From NCBI RefSeq assembly GCF_044704955.1, contig NC_091989.1:186992001-187056000 (forward strand): a stretch of 64,000 nucleotides of DNA. The letters run 5' to 3'. The DNA is from Pristiophorus japonicus. Its lineage: Eukaryota. A model generated the notes under the pieces. It had not been told where the DNA came from, did no database searches, and saw only the letters and a list, made by a program, of their open reading frames with translations. The stretch's first letter is position 1. Each line of letters begins with the position of its first letter. Made by a program: the position numbers and the translations under genes. This document shows positions 24,518-38,009 of this stretch, one piece after another.

Positions 24518-27500
24518 GGGGTCACAGTCTCAGAATAAGGGGTCGGCCATTTAAACCTGAGATAAGCAGAAACTTCTTCACTCAGAGGGGGGTGAATCTC
24601 TGCAATTCTCTGCCCCCGAGGGCTGGAGGCTCAGCCTTTCAGTATATTTAAGACGGAGATCGATAGATTTTTGGATATTAAGGGAATCGAGGGATATGGG
24701 GATAGTGCAGGAAAGTGGAGTTGAGGTCGAAGATCAGCCATGATCTTATTAAATGGCGGGGCAGGCTCGAGGGGCCGAATGGCGGACTCCTGCTCCTAAT
24801 TCTTGTGTTCTTATGAACCCGGTGGGTTTTTACCACAATCCGACAGCTTCTCCCGAAGGAAAAGGGGTAAGCTATTTAGGACTGAGATGAGGAAAACTTC
24901 ATCACTCAGAGAATTGTGAACCTGTGGAATTCACTACCACAGAAAGTTGTTGAGGCCAGTTCGTTCGATATATTCAAAAGGGAGTTAGATGTGGCCCTTA
25001 CGGCTAAAGGGCTCAAGGGGTATTGAGCAAAAGCAGGAATGGGGTACTGAAGTTGCATGATCAGCCATGTCACAGGAACCAATGTCCTCGGGGGAGTGTT
25101 TGCTAGAGCTGTTGGGGAGGAGTTAAACTAATATGACAGGGGGATGGGAACCAATGCAGGGAGACAGCGGGAAACAAAATGGAGACAGAAGCAAAAGACA
25201 GAAAGGAAATGAGTAAAAGTGGAGGGCAGAGAAACCCAAGGCAAAAAACAAAAAGGGCCACTTTGCAGCAACATTCTAAAGGGTATAAGTGTGTTAAAAA
25301 GGCAAGCCTGAAGGCTCTGTGCCTCAATGCGAGGAGTATTCGGAATAAGGTGGACGAATTAACTGTGCAGATAGCAGTTAACAGATACGATGTGGTTGGC
25401 ATCACGGAGACATGGCTCCAGGGTGACCAAGGCTGGGAACTCAACATCCAGGGGTATTCAACATTTAGGAAAGATAGACAGAAAGGAAAAGGAGGTGGGG
25501 TGGTATTGCTGGTTATAGAGGAAATTAATGCAATTGTAACGAAAGATATTAGCGTGGATGATGTGGAATCGGTATGGGTGGAGCTACGGAATACCAAGGG
25601 GCAAAAAACGCAAGTGGGAGTTGTGTACAGACTTCCAAACAGTAGTAGTGATGTTGGGGAGGGCATCAAACTGGAAATTAGGGGTGCATGCAATAAAGGT
25701 TCAGCAGTTATCATGGGTGACTTTAATATGCATTTAGATTGGGCTAACCGAACTGGAAGCAATATGGTGGAGGAGGACTTCCTGAAGTGCTTCCTGGGAT
25801 GGTTTTCTAGACCAATATGTCAAGGAACCAACTAGGGAGGAGGCCATCTTAGACTGGGTGTTGTGTAATGAAAGAGGATTAATTAGCAATCTCGTTGTGA
25901 GAGGCCCCTTGGGGAAGAGTGACCATAATATGGTGGAATTCTACATCAGGATGGAGAATGAAATGGTTAATTCAGAGACCATAGTCCAGAACTTAAAGAA
26001 GGGTAACTTTGAAGGTATGAGGTGTGAATTGGCTAGGATAGATTGGCGAATGATACTTAAGGGGTTGACAGTGGATGGGCAATGGCAGACATTTAGAGAC
26101 CGCATGGATGAACTACAATAGTACATCCCTGTCTGGCGTAAAAATAAAAAAAGGGAAGGTGGCTCAACCGTGGCTATCAAGGGAAATCAGGGATAGTATT
26201 AAAGCCAAGGAAGTGGCATACAAATTGGCCAGAAATAGCAGTGAACCCAGGGACTGGGAGAAATTTAGAACTCAGCAAAGGAGGACAAAGGGTTCGATTA
26301 GGGCAGGGAAAATAGAGTACGAGAGGAAGCTTGCAGGGAACATTAAAATGGACTGCAAAAGCTTCCATAGATATGTAAAGAGAAAAAGATTAGTAAAGAC
26401 AAACGTAGGTCCCCTGCAGTCAGAATCAGGGGAAGTCATAACGGGGAACAAAGAAATGGCAGACCAATTGAACAAGTACTTTGGTTCGGTATTCACTAAG
26501 GAGGACACAAACAACCTTCTGGATATAAAAGGGGTCAGAGGGTCTAGTGAGAAGGAGGAACTGAGGGAAATCCATATTAGTCGGGAAATTGTGTTGGGGA
26601 AATTGATGGGATTGAAGGCCGATAAATCCCCAGAGCCAGATGGTACTTAAGGAGGTGGCCTTGGCAATAGCGGATGCATTGACAGTCATTTTCCAACATT
26701 CCATAGACTCTGGATCAGTTCCTATGGAGTGGAGGGTAGCCAATGTAACCCCACTTTTTAAAAAATGAGGGAGAGAGAAAACAGGGAATTATAGACCGGT
26801 CAACCTGACATCGGTCGTGGATAAAATGATGGAATCAATTATTAAGGATGTCATAGCAGCGCATTTGGAAAGAGGTGACATGCTAGGTCCAAGTCAGCAT
26901 GGATTTGTGAAAGAGAAATCATGCTTGACAAATCTTCTGGAATTTTTGAGGATGTTTCCAGTAGAATGGACAAGGGAGAACCAGTTGATGTGGTGTATTT
27001 GGACTTTCAGAAGGCTTTCGACAAGGTCCCACACAAGAGATTAATGTGCAAAGTTAAAGCACATGGGAGCGTGCTGATGTGGATTGAGAACTGGTTGGCA
27101 CACAGAAAGCAAAGAGTAGGAGTAAATGGGTACTTTTCAGAATGGCAGGCAGTGACTAGTGGGGTACCGCAAGGTTCTGTGCTGGGGCCCCAGCTGTTTA
27201 CATTGTACATTAATGATTTAGACGAGGGGATTAAATGTAGTATCTCCAAATTTGCGGATGACACTAAGTTGGGTGGCAGTGTGAGCTGCGAGGATGATGC
27301 TATGAGGCTGCAGAGTGACTTGGATAGGTTAGGTGAGTGGGCAAATGCATGGCAGATGAAGTATAATCTGGATAATTGTGAGGTTATTCACTTTGGTGGT
27401 AAAAACGGAGAGATAGACTATTATCTGAATGGTGACAGATTAGGAAAAGGAGAGGTGCAACGAGACCTGGGTGTCATGGTACATCAGTCATTGAAGGTTG

Positions 27501-28180
27501 GCATGCAGGTACAGCAGGCGGTTAAGAAAGCAAATGGCATGTTGGCCTTCAAAGCGAGGGGATTTGAGTACAGGGGCAGGGAGGTGTTACTACAGTTATA
27601 CAGGGCCTTGGTGAGGCCACACCTGGAGTATTGTGTACAGTTTTGGTCTCCTAACTTGAGGAAGGACGTTCTTGCTATTGAGGGAGTGCAGCGAAGGTTC
27701 ACCAGACTGATTGCTGGGATGGTGGGACTGACATATCAAGAAAGACTGGATTAACTTGGCTTGTATTCACTGGAGTTCAGAAGAATGAGAGGGGAACTCA
27801 TAGAAACGGTTAAAATTCGGACGGGTTTAGACAGGTTAGATGCAGGAAGAATGTTCCCAATGTTGGGGAAGTCCAGAACCAGGGGTCATAGTCTAAGGAT
27901 AAGGGGTAACCCATTGAGGACCAAGATGAGGAGAAATATCTTCACCCAGAGTGGTGAACCTGTGGAATTCTCTACCACAGAAAGTTGTTGAGGCCAATTC
28001 ACTAAATATATTCAAAAAGGAGTTAGATGAAGTCCTTACTACTAGGGGAATCAAGGGGTATGGTGAGAAAGCAGGAATGGGGTACTGAAGTTGCATGTTC
28101 AGCCATGAACTCATTGAATGGCGGTGCAGGCTCGAAGGGCTGAATGGCCTACTCCTGCACCTATTTCCTATGTTTCTATG
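24518..28180 (+). mobile_element. CR1 fragments plus a long CR1 copy with endonuclease and RT, frameshifted (~25070-28180)
   Basis: LNARSIRNK, ITETW, GDFN, SDH endonuclease motifs; FADD RT motif; TATGTTTC tail. Confidence 0.88.
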
Positions 28181-28423
28181 TTCGATTAATCTCCCAATCA
28201 ATGTCAGTGCATTAATCTCCCAATCAATGGTCACCGTATTAATCTCCCAATCAATGTCAGTGCATTAATCCCCCAATCAATGTCAGTGCATTAATCTCCC
28301 AATCAATGTCACCGCATTAATCTCCTAATCAATGTCAGTGCATTAATCCCCCAATCAATGTCAGTGCATTAATCTCCCAATCAATGTCAGTGCATTAATC
28401 TCCCAATCAATGTCAGTGTGAAC

Positions 28424-30371
28424 ACTGGGAGAAATTTAGAACTCAGCAGAGGAGGACAAAGGGTTTGATGAGGGCAGGGAAAATAGAGTTCGAGAAGAAG
28501 CTTGCAGGGAACATTAAGACGGATTGCAAAAGTTTCTATAGATATGTAAAGAGAAAAAGGTTAGTAAAGACAAATGTAGGTCCCCTGCAGTCAGAATCAG
28601 GGGAAGTCATAACGGGGAACAAAGAAATGGCAGACCAATTGAACAAGTACTTTGGTTCGGTATTCACGAAGGAGGACACAATCAACCTTCCGGTCAGAGG
28701 GTCTAGTAAGGAGGAGGAACTGAGGGAAATCCTTATTAGTTGGGAAATTGTGTTGGGGAAATTGATGGGATTGAAGGCCGATAAATCCCCAGAGCCTGAT
28801 GGACTGCATCCCAGAGTACTTAAGGAGGTGGCCTTGGAAATAGCGGATGCATTGATAGTCATTTTCCAACATTCCATTGACTCTGGATCAGTTCCTATCG
28901 AGTGGAGGGTAGCCAATGTAACCCCACTTTTTAAAAAAGGACAGAGAGAGAAAACAGGGAATTATAGACTGGTCAGCCTGACTTCAGTAGTGGGTAAAAT
29001 GATGGAATCAATTATTAAGGATGTCATAGCAGCGCATTTGGAAAGAGGTGACATGATAGGTCCAAGTCAGCATGGATTTGTGAAAGGGAAATCATGCTTG
29101 ACAAATCTTCTGGAATTTTTTGAGGATGTTTCCAGTAGAGTGGACAAGGGAGAACCAGTTGATGTGTTATATTTGGACTTTCAGAAGGCTTTCGACAAGG
29201 TCCCACACAAGAGATTAATGTGCAAAGTTAAAGCACATGGGATTGGGCGTAGTGTGCTGACATGGATTGAGAACTGTTTGTCAGACAGGAAGCAAAGAGT
29301 AGGAGTAAATGGGTACTTTTCAGAATGGCAGGCAGTGACTAGTGGGGTACCGCAAGGTTCTGTGCTGGGGCCCCAGCTGTTTATACTGTACATTAATGAT
29401 TTAGACGAGGGGATTAAATGTAGTATCTCCAAATTTGCGGATGACAGTAAGTTAGGTGGCAGTGTGAGCTGCGAGGAGGATGCTATGAGGCTGCAGAGTG
29501 ACTTGGATAGGTTAGGTGAGTGGGCAAATGCATGGCAGATGAAGTATAATGTGGATAAATGTGAGGTTATCCACTTTGGTGGTAAAAACAGAGAGACAGA
29601 CAATTATCTGAATGGTGACAGATTAGGAAAAGGGGAGGTGCAACGAGACCTGGGTGTCATGGTACATCAGTCATTGAAGATTGGCATGCAGGTACAGCAG
29701 GCGGTTAAGAAAGCAAATGGCTTGTTGGCCTTCATAGCGAGGGTATTTGAATACAGGGGCAGGGAGGTGTTGGTACAGTTGTACAAGGCCTTGGTGAGGC
29801 CACACCTGGAGTATTGTGTACAGTTTTGGTCTTCTAACTTGAGGAAGGACATTCTTGCTATTGAGGGAGTGCAACGAAGGTTCACCAGACTGATTCCCGG
29901 GATGGCGGGACTGACCTTTCAAGAAAGACTGGATCAACTGGGCTTGTATTCACTGGAGTTCAGAAGAATGAGAGGGGACCTCATAGAAACGTTTAAAATT
30001 CTGATGGGTTCAGACAGGTTAGATGCAGGAAGAATGTTCGCAATGTTGGGAAAGTCCAGAACCAGGGGTCACAGTCTAAGGATAAGGGGTAAGCCATTTA
30101 GGACCGAGATGAGGAGAAACTTCTTCACCCAGAGAGTGGTGAACCTATGGAATTCTCTACCACAGAAAGTTGTTGAGGCCAATTCACTACATATATTCAA
30201 AAAGGAGTTAGATGAAGTCCTTACTACTCGGGGAATCAAGGGGTATGGCGAAAAAGCAGGAATGGGGTACTGAAGTTGCATGTTCAGCCATGAACTCATT
30301 GAATGGCGGTGCAGGCTAGAAGGGTCGAATGGCCTGCTCCTGCACATATTTTCTATGTTTCTATGTTTCTA
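28424..30371 (+). mobile_element. 5'-truncated CR1 subfamily A with open RT ORF (28465-30273)
   Basis: Nearly identical protein to 8043-10109; TATGTTTC tail. Confidence 0.92.
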
Positions 30372-31060
30372 TTAATCTCCCAATCAATGTCAGTGTATTA
30401 ATCTCCCAATCAATGTCAGTGCATTAATCTCCCAATCAATGTCAGCGCATTAATCTCTCAATCAATGTCAGTGCATTAATCTCCCAATCAATATCAGTGC
30501 ACTAATCTCCCAATCAATGTCACCGCATTAATCTCCCAATCAATGTCAGTGCATTAATCTCCCAATCAATGTCAGTGCATTAATCTCCCAATCAATGTCA
30601 GCGCATTAATCTCTCAATCAATGTCAGTGCATTAATCTCCCAATCAATGTCACCGCATTAATCTCCCAATCAATGTCACCGCATTAATCTCCCAATCAAT
30701 GTCAGTGCATTAATCTCCCAATCAATGTCAGTGCATTAATCTCCCAATCAATGTCACCGCATTAATCTCCCAATCAATGTCACCGCATTAATCTCCCAAT
30801 CAATGTCAGTGCATTAATCTCCCAATCAATGTCAGCACATTAATCTCTCAATCAATGTCAGTGCATTAATCTCCCAATCAATGTCAGCACATTAATCTCT
30901 CAATCAATGTCAGTGCATTAATCTCTCAATCAATATCAGTGCACTAATCTCCCAATCAGTGTCACGGCATTAATCTCCCAATCAATGTCAGCGCATTAAT
31001 CTCCCAATCAATGCCAGCGCATTAATCTCCCAATCAATGTCAGTGCATTAATCTCCCAAT

Positions 31061-32597
31061 CATAAGAACATAAGAACATAAGAATCAGGAACAGGAGTAG
31101 GCCAACTAGCCCCTCGAACCTGCTCCGCCATTCAACAAGATCATGGCTGATCTGGCCGTGGATTCAGCTCCACTTACCCGCCCGCTCCCCGTAACCCTTA
31201 ATTCCCTTATTGGTTAAAAATCTATCTAACTGTGATTTGAATACATTCAATGAGCTAGCCTCAACTGCTTCCTTGGGCAGAGGATTCCACAGATTCACAA
31301 CCCTCTGGGAGAAGAAATTCCTTCTCAACTCGGTTTTAAATTGGCTCCACCATATTTTGAGGCTGTGCTCCCTAGTTCTAGTCTCCCCAACCAGTGGAAA
31401 CAACCTCTCTGCATCGATCTTGTCTATCCCTTTCATTTTTTTAAATGTTTCGATAAGATCCCCCCTCATCCCTCTGAACTCCAACGATTAAAGACCCAGT
31501 CTACTCAATCTATCATCATAAGGTAACCCTCTCATCTCCGGAATCAGCCTAGTGAATCATCTCTGTACCCCCTCCAAAGCTAGTATATCCTTCCTTAAGA
31601 AAGGTGACCAAAACTGCACGCAGTACTCCAGGTGCGACCTCACCAATACCCGATACAGTTGCAGCAGGACCTCCCTGCTTTTGTACTTCATCCCTCTCGC
31701 AATGAAGGCCAACATTCCATTCGCCTTCCTGATTACCTGCTGCACCTGCAAACTAACTTTTTGGGATTCATGCACAAGGATCCCCAGGTCCCTCTGCACC
31801 TCAGCATGTTGTAATTTCTCCCCATTCAAATAATATTCCCTTTTACTGTTTTGTTTTCCAAGGTGGATGACCTCACATTTTCCGACATTGTATTCCATCT
31901 GCCAAACCTTAGCCCATTCGCTTAACCTATCTAAATCTCTTTGCAGCCTCTGTGTCCTCGACACAACCCGCTTTCCCACTAATCTTTGTATCATCTGCAA
32001 ATTTTGTTACACTACATTCTGTCCCCTCTTCCAGGTCATCTATATATATTGTAAACAGTTGTGGTCCCAGCACTGATCCCTGTGGCACACCACTAACCAC
32101 CGATTTCCAACCTGAAAAGGACCCATTTATCCTGACTCTCTGCTTTCTGTTAGCCAGCCAATTCTCTATCCATGCTAATACATTTCCTCTGACTCCGCGT
32201 ACCTTTATCTTCTGCAGTAACCTTTTGTGTGGCACCTTATTGAATGCCTTTTGGAAATCTAAATACACCACATCCATCAGTACACCTCTATCCACCATGT
32301 TCGTTATATCCTCAAAGAAGTAAATTAGTTAAACATGATTTCCCCTTCATGAATCCATGTTGTGTCTGCTTGATTGCATTATTCCTATCTAGATGTCCTG
32401 CTATTTCTTCCTTAATGATGGTTTCAAGCATTTTCCTCACTACAGATGTTAAACTAACTGGCCTATAGTGGTGACCTGTCTTTTGTCTGCCCCCTTTTTT
32501 AAACAGAGGCGTTACATAAGCTGCTTTCCAATCCGCTGGTACCTCCCCAGAGCCCAGAGAATTTTGGTAGATTATAACGAATGCATCTGCTATAACT
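31061..32597 (-). mobile_element. CR1 subfamily B, truncated and frameshifted
   Basis: (CATAAGAA)n reversed tail; minus-strand RT fragments. Confidence 0.9.
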
Positions 32598-32784
32598 GTC
32601 AGTGCGTTAATCTCCCAACCAATGTCACTGCGTTAATCTCCCAATCAATGTCACTGCATTAATCACTCCCTCAGCACTGCACTGGAGTATCAGCCTCGAT
32701 GATGGGCTCAAGGATCTGGAGCGGGCTTGAACCCACTACCTTCTGACACAGAGCTGAGAATGATACCATGATTCCCAACTGAGC

Positions 32785-33242
32785 CATACGAGGAGAGACT
32801 GGATCAACTGGGCTTGTATCCACTGGAGTTTAGAAGAATGAGAGGGGATCTCATAGAAACATATAAAATTCTGACGGGATTAGACAGGTTAGAGGCAGGA
32901 AGAATGTTCCCATTGCTGGGTTGTTCCAGAACCAGGGGTCACTCTCTAAGAATAAGAGGAAACCATTTAGGACCGAGATGAGGAGAAACTTCTTCACCCA
33001 GAGAGTGGTTAACCTGTGGAATTCTCGACCGTAGAAAGTTGTTGATGCCAGTTCGTTAGATATATTCAAGAGGGAGTTAGATATGGCCCTTACGGCTAAA
33101 GGGATCAAGGGGTATGGAGAGAAAGCAGGAAAGAGGTACTGAGGTTGCATGATCAGTCATGATCTTATTGAATGGCGGTGCAGGCTCGAAGGGCCGAATG
33201 ACCTGCTCCTGCACCTAATTTCTATGTTTCTATGTTTCTATG
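32785..33242 (+). mobile_element. CR1 3' fragment ending ~150 bp before CH1
   Basis: EERLDQLGL...; (TATGTTTC)n tail. Confidence 0.85.
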
Positions 33243-33392
33243 AGCAACAATACAACTGTAAGCTGGTTGTGTCGCAGTGTAACTGTTTGGGGAAATGGCT
33301 GGTGTTATACACAACACAATCTCTCCTGCTGTGTGTGCCTGTCATGCACTTTGTTTACTGGACTTATCTGTGTACACCTATTTATCTTTCAG

Positions 33393-33713
33393 TTGTTCAG
33401 TCCAAACCATCTGTCTACATCGCCAACCCTTCCTGTGGCAGCAACTCCAACCAAGATGGGATCACCTTCCTGTGCCTGGTCAAAGACTTTCAGCCCAAGA
33501 GCATCATTCAGACATGGTCCACTAATGGAGCGGACATCACGACTGGAGTGAAGAAGTATCCGGCTGTCTTGGGGCAAAATATGGCGTACACGATGAGCAG
33601 TGCGCTCAAAGTCTCTGCAGCAGATTGGGAAACCAATCGGGTCTACTACTGCAAGGCGGGGTACAAGGCCAGTGAAATGTTGGTGGCTCAGACCCCAGAA
33701 CCTGGACCTAAAA
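33393..33713 (+). CDS. IgW: IgW CH1 exon
   Basis: TTTCAG|TT; VQSKPSVYIANPSC...FLCLVKDFQP...W...YYCKAGY; extra N-terminal Cys for light-chain pairing; A|GTGAGT. Confidence 0.93.
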
Positions 33714-34047
33714 GTGAGTACAGACATGATTGACCATTTAAAACTGCACTGGTGTCGGGGGTGAAACTGGACGAGGAAATGTGACCAGCAATGTGGGAGG
33801 TTGTTGGGCAATAGAAGCGGTACGGAGTCCTGTGCCCCACACTCTATCCCCGGGACACCAGCGGTGCTGATGGTGGCACAATACAGGGCAATGAGAAATC
33901 ACCTGAAATTGGACAATGGGCGGAGACGTAATGTCATCGGAATCGCCTCTACCGCCCGTGATATGACACGCCCGATATTCGGGTCTAAAGTCAATGAAAG
34001 TGTGTAACGGGTGACTGATGTCATACCACCCATTGGGTCGTCGATCG

Positions 34048-34542
34048 TGTCCCCTCCCCCACTCCCCACACACTCCCCCCCCGCCCACCCTCACCACACA
34101 CTCCCCGTACCCTCCCCCCATCCCCACACACTCCCCTCTCCCCCCCCGACACACACACTCCCACCCCACACACACTCCCCACACACTCCGCCCCCCCCCT
34201 CACCACACACTCCCCGTCCCCTCCCCCCATCCACACACACTCTCCCAACACCCCTCCCACCCCCCGACACCCCCCCCCACACACACTCCCAACACCCCTC
34301 CCCCCATCCCCACACACTCCCCCCTCCCCCCCCGACACACACACTCCCCCCCCCACACACTCCCCACACACTCCCCCCCTCCCCACACACTCCCCCCCAC
34401 CCCCACACATACTCCCAACCCCTGCTCCCCCTCCCCCCCCCACACACACGCACTCTCAATAACCGCCCCCCCCCCGACACACACACTCACCACCCAACAC
34501 ACACACTCCCCCTCCCCCCCACCCCACACACACACTCCCAAC
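34048..34542. repeat. C/A-rich low-complexity tract
   Basis: CCCCACACACTCCCC variants. Confidence 0.85.
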
Positions 34543-34937
34543 CAGGCTCTGGTTGATAGAACCCTACAGGACAGGACTCCATTGGGCCCATCGCGCTTGT
34601 ACCAGCAATATCCGAGGTATCACATTAGTCCCACTCCCCCCCCGCTCTTTCCCCAAAGCCCTGCAGATTTTCCCGATTCAAGTATTTATCCACTTCCCTT
34701 TGGAAAAATATGATTAAGTCTGCTCCCACCCCCTCTCCCAGACACTGCATTCCAGATCTTAGCTTGTCGCTGAGGGTATAACAAACATTTTCTTGCTAAA
34801 TTCCTCATCTCCCCCCTGGATTTTTTGCCAATTGAATTCTATCTGTGACCTCTGGCCACCCACCCTCCCGGCAGTGGTAACAGTTTCCCCCCATCCACTG
34901 AACCCCTCACAATCCGGCACACATCCATTACATTCCC

Positions 34938-35852
34938 CCACGGTGTGTGTGGGGATAGAGTGTACACAGAGGGAGGGTCAGCCCACAGTGTGTGGGGATA
35001 GAGTGTACACAGAGGGAGGGTCAGCCCACAGTGTGTGGGGATAGAGTGTACACAGAGGGAGGGTGTACAGCCCACGGTGTGTGGGGATAGAGTGTACACA
35101 GAGGGAGGGTACAGCCCACAGTGTGTGGGGATAGAGTGTACACAGAGGGAGGGGGTACAGCCCACGGTGTGTGGGGATAGAGTGTACACAGAGGGAGCGT
35201 CAGCCCACGGTGTATATGGGGATACAGTGTACACAATGGGAGGGTCAGCCCTCGGTGTATATGGGGATACAGTGTACACAGAGGGAGGGTCAGCCCACGG
35301 TGTGTGTGGATAGAGTGTACACAGAGGGAGGGTACAGCCCACGGTGTGTGTGGATAGAGTGTACACAGAGGGAGGGTACAGCCCACGGTGTGGGTGTGGA
35401 TAGAGTGTACACAGAGGGAGGGTACAGCCCACGGTGTGTGGGGATAGAGTGTACACAGAGGGAGGGTACAGCCCACGGTGTGTGGGGATAGAGTGTACAC
35501 AGAGGGAGGGGGTACAGCCCATGGTGCGTGTGGGGATAGAGTGTACACAGAGGGAGGGTACAGCCCACGGTGTGTGGGGATAGAGTGTACACAGAGGGAG
35601 GGTACAGCCCACGGTGTGTGGGGATAGAGTGTACACAGAGGGAGGGTACAGCTCACGGTGTGTGTGGGGATAGAGTGTACACAGAGGGAGCGGGTACAGC
35701 CCATGGTGTGTGTGGGGATAGAGTGTACACAGAGGGAGGGTACAGCCCACGGTGTGTGGGGATAGAGTGTACACAGAGGGAGGGGGTACAGCCCATGGTG
35801 TGTGTGGGGATAGAGTGTACACAGAGGGAGCGGGTACAGCTCACGGTGTGTG
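34938..35852. repeat. ~42-bp minisatellite, ~21 copies
   Basis: CCCACGGTGTGTGGGGATAGAGTGTACACAGAGGGAGGGTACAG. Confidence 0.9.
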
Positions 35853-36211
35853 GGACACATCCATTACATTCCCTCCTGAACCTTCTCTGCTGTACATAAG
35901 GAGAACAATCCCAGCTTCTGTGGTCTCCCCATGTCACTGAAGCCCCTCATCCATTTCAGTAACTCTCCCCCACGGCCTCTCCGTGGCCTTGAATTCCTTG
36001 GTCCAGTGCGACTCCGGCAATCTGCCACAATCCACCAGCTGGGGCCTGGCCGGTGATTTACGGCGGTTGTGGGGAATATCTCCCTTGCCTTTGTGCTCTA
36101 CGCCTCGGTTTATAAAGCCCAGGGTCCCGTGTGCTTTTTACTGAAAAATCTTGGCCACTTGTCCTGCTGCCCTTCAAAGGTTTGTCCCACCGGTCTCCTC
36201 GGTCCCTGCAA

Positions 36212-37860
36212 CCCTGTAATAGGGCACCATTCACCCTCTGTAATAGGGCACCATTCACCCTGTAATAGGGCACCATTCACCCCCTGTAATAGGGCACCAT
36301 TCCCCCCCTGTAATAGGGCACCATTCACCCCCTGTAATAGGGCTCCATTCACCCCCTGTAATAGGGCACCATTCACTCCCTGTAATAGGGCACCATTCAC
36401 CCCCTGTAATAGGGCACCATTCACCCCCTGCAATAGGGCACCATTCACCCCCTGTAATAGGGCACCATTCACCCTGTAATAGGGCACCATTCACCCCCTG
36501 TAATAGGGCACCATTCCCCCCCTGTAATAGGGCACCATTCACCTCCTGTAATAGGGCTCCATTCACCCCCTGTAATAGGGCACCATTCACTCCCTGTAAT
36601 AGGGCACCATTCACCCCCTGTAATAGGGCACCATTCACCCCCTATAATAGGGCACCATTCACCCCCTGTAATAGGGCACCATTCACCCCCTGTAATAGGG
36701 CACCATTCACCCCCTGTAATAGGGCACCATTCACCCTCTGTAATAGGGCACCATTCACCCTGTAATAGGGCACCATTCACCTCCTGTAATAGGGCTCCAT
36801 TCACTCCCTGTAATAGGGCACCATTCACCCCCTGTAATAGGGCACCATTCACTCCCTGTAATAGGGCACCATTCACCCCCTGTAATAGGGCACCATTCAC
36901 CCCCTGTAATAGGGCACCATTCACCCCCTGTAATAGGACACCATTCACCCTCTGTAATAGGGCACCATTCACCCTCTGTAATAGGGCACCATTCACCCCC
37001 TGTAATAGGGCACCATTCCCCCCCTGTAATAGGGCACCATTCACCCCCTGTAATAGGGCACCATTCACCCCCTGTAATAGGGCACCATTCACCCCCTGTA
37101 ATAGGGCACCATTCCCCCCCTGTAATAGGGCACCATTCACCCCCTTTAATAGGGCTCCATTCACTCCCTGTAATAGGGCACCATTCACCCCCTGTAATAG
37201 GGCACCATTCACCCCCTGTAATAGGGCAACATTCACCCCCTGTAATAAGGCACCATTCACTCCCTGTAATAGGGCACCATTCACCCCCTGTAATAGGGCA
37301 CCATTCACCCCCTGTAATAGGGCACCATTCACCCCCTGTAATAGGGCACCATTCACCCCCTGTAATAGGGCACCATTCACCCCCTGTAATAGGGCACCAT
37401 TCACCCCCTGTAATAGGGCACCATTCCCCCCCCTGTAATAGGGCACCATTCCCCCCCCCTGTAATAGGGCACCATTCCCCCCCCTGTAATAGGGCACCAT
37501 TCCCCCCCCTGTAATAGGGCACCATTCCCTCCCCTGTAATAGGGCACCATTCACCCCCTGTAATAGGGCTCCATTCACCCCCTGTAATAGGGCACCATTC
37601 ACCCCCTGTAATAGGGCACCATTCCCTCCCCTGTAATAGGGCACCAATCCCCCCCCCCCCGTAATAGGGCACCATTCCCTCCACTGTAATAGGGCACCAT
37701 TCACCCCCTGTAATAGGGCTCCATTCACCCCCTGTAATAGGGCTCCATTCACCCCCTGTAATAGGGCACCATTCACCCCCTGTAATAGGGCTCCATTCAC
37801 CCCCTGTAATAGGGCTCCATTCACCCCCTGTAATAGCGCACCATTCACTCCCTGTAATAG
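36212..37860. repeat. 24-bp minisatellite, ~68 copies
   Basis: CTGTAATAGGGCACCATTCACCCC. Confidence 0.93.
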
Positions 37861-38009
37861 TGCGCCATTTAACTTGCGTTGCCTCTTTTGTCCGTCCTTC
37901 CTACACCGAGGTCAATGGTGAGGACAATGGGGCGGAGCTACAAGTGGGCTGCCGATTGGCTGTCGGCGCCTCGAGCTCCCGCCCCACACCAATTGACACC
38001 ATTTACTAT

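Larger units (their letters stand above)
28186..32663. repeat. 26-bp minisatellite in three pieces (28186-28420, 30371-31060, 32597-32663), interrupted by two CR1s
   Basis: Unit ATTAATCTCCCAATCAATGTCAGTGC, ~38 copies in total. Confidence 0.9.

Noticed and set aside
28186-31060. Regular short repeats that could be mistaken for a CRISPR array
   Set aside because: Head-to-tail units without unique spacers, no cas genes, vertebrate context
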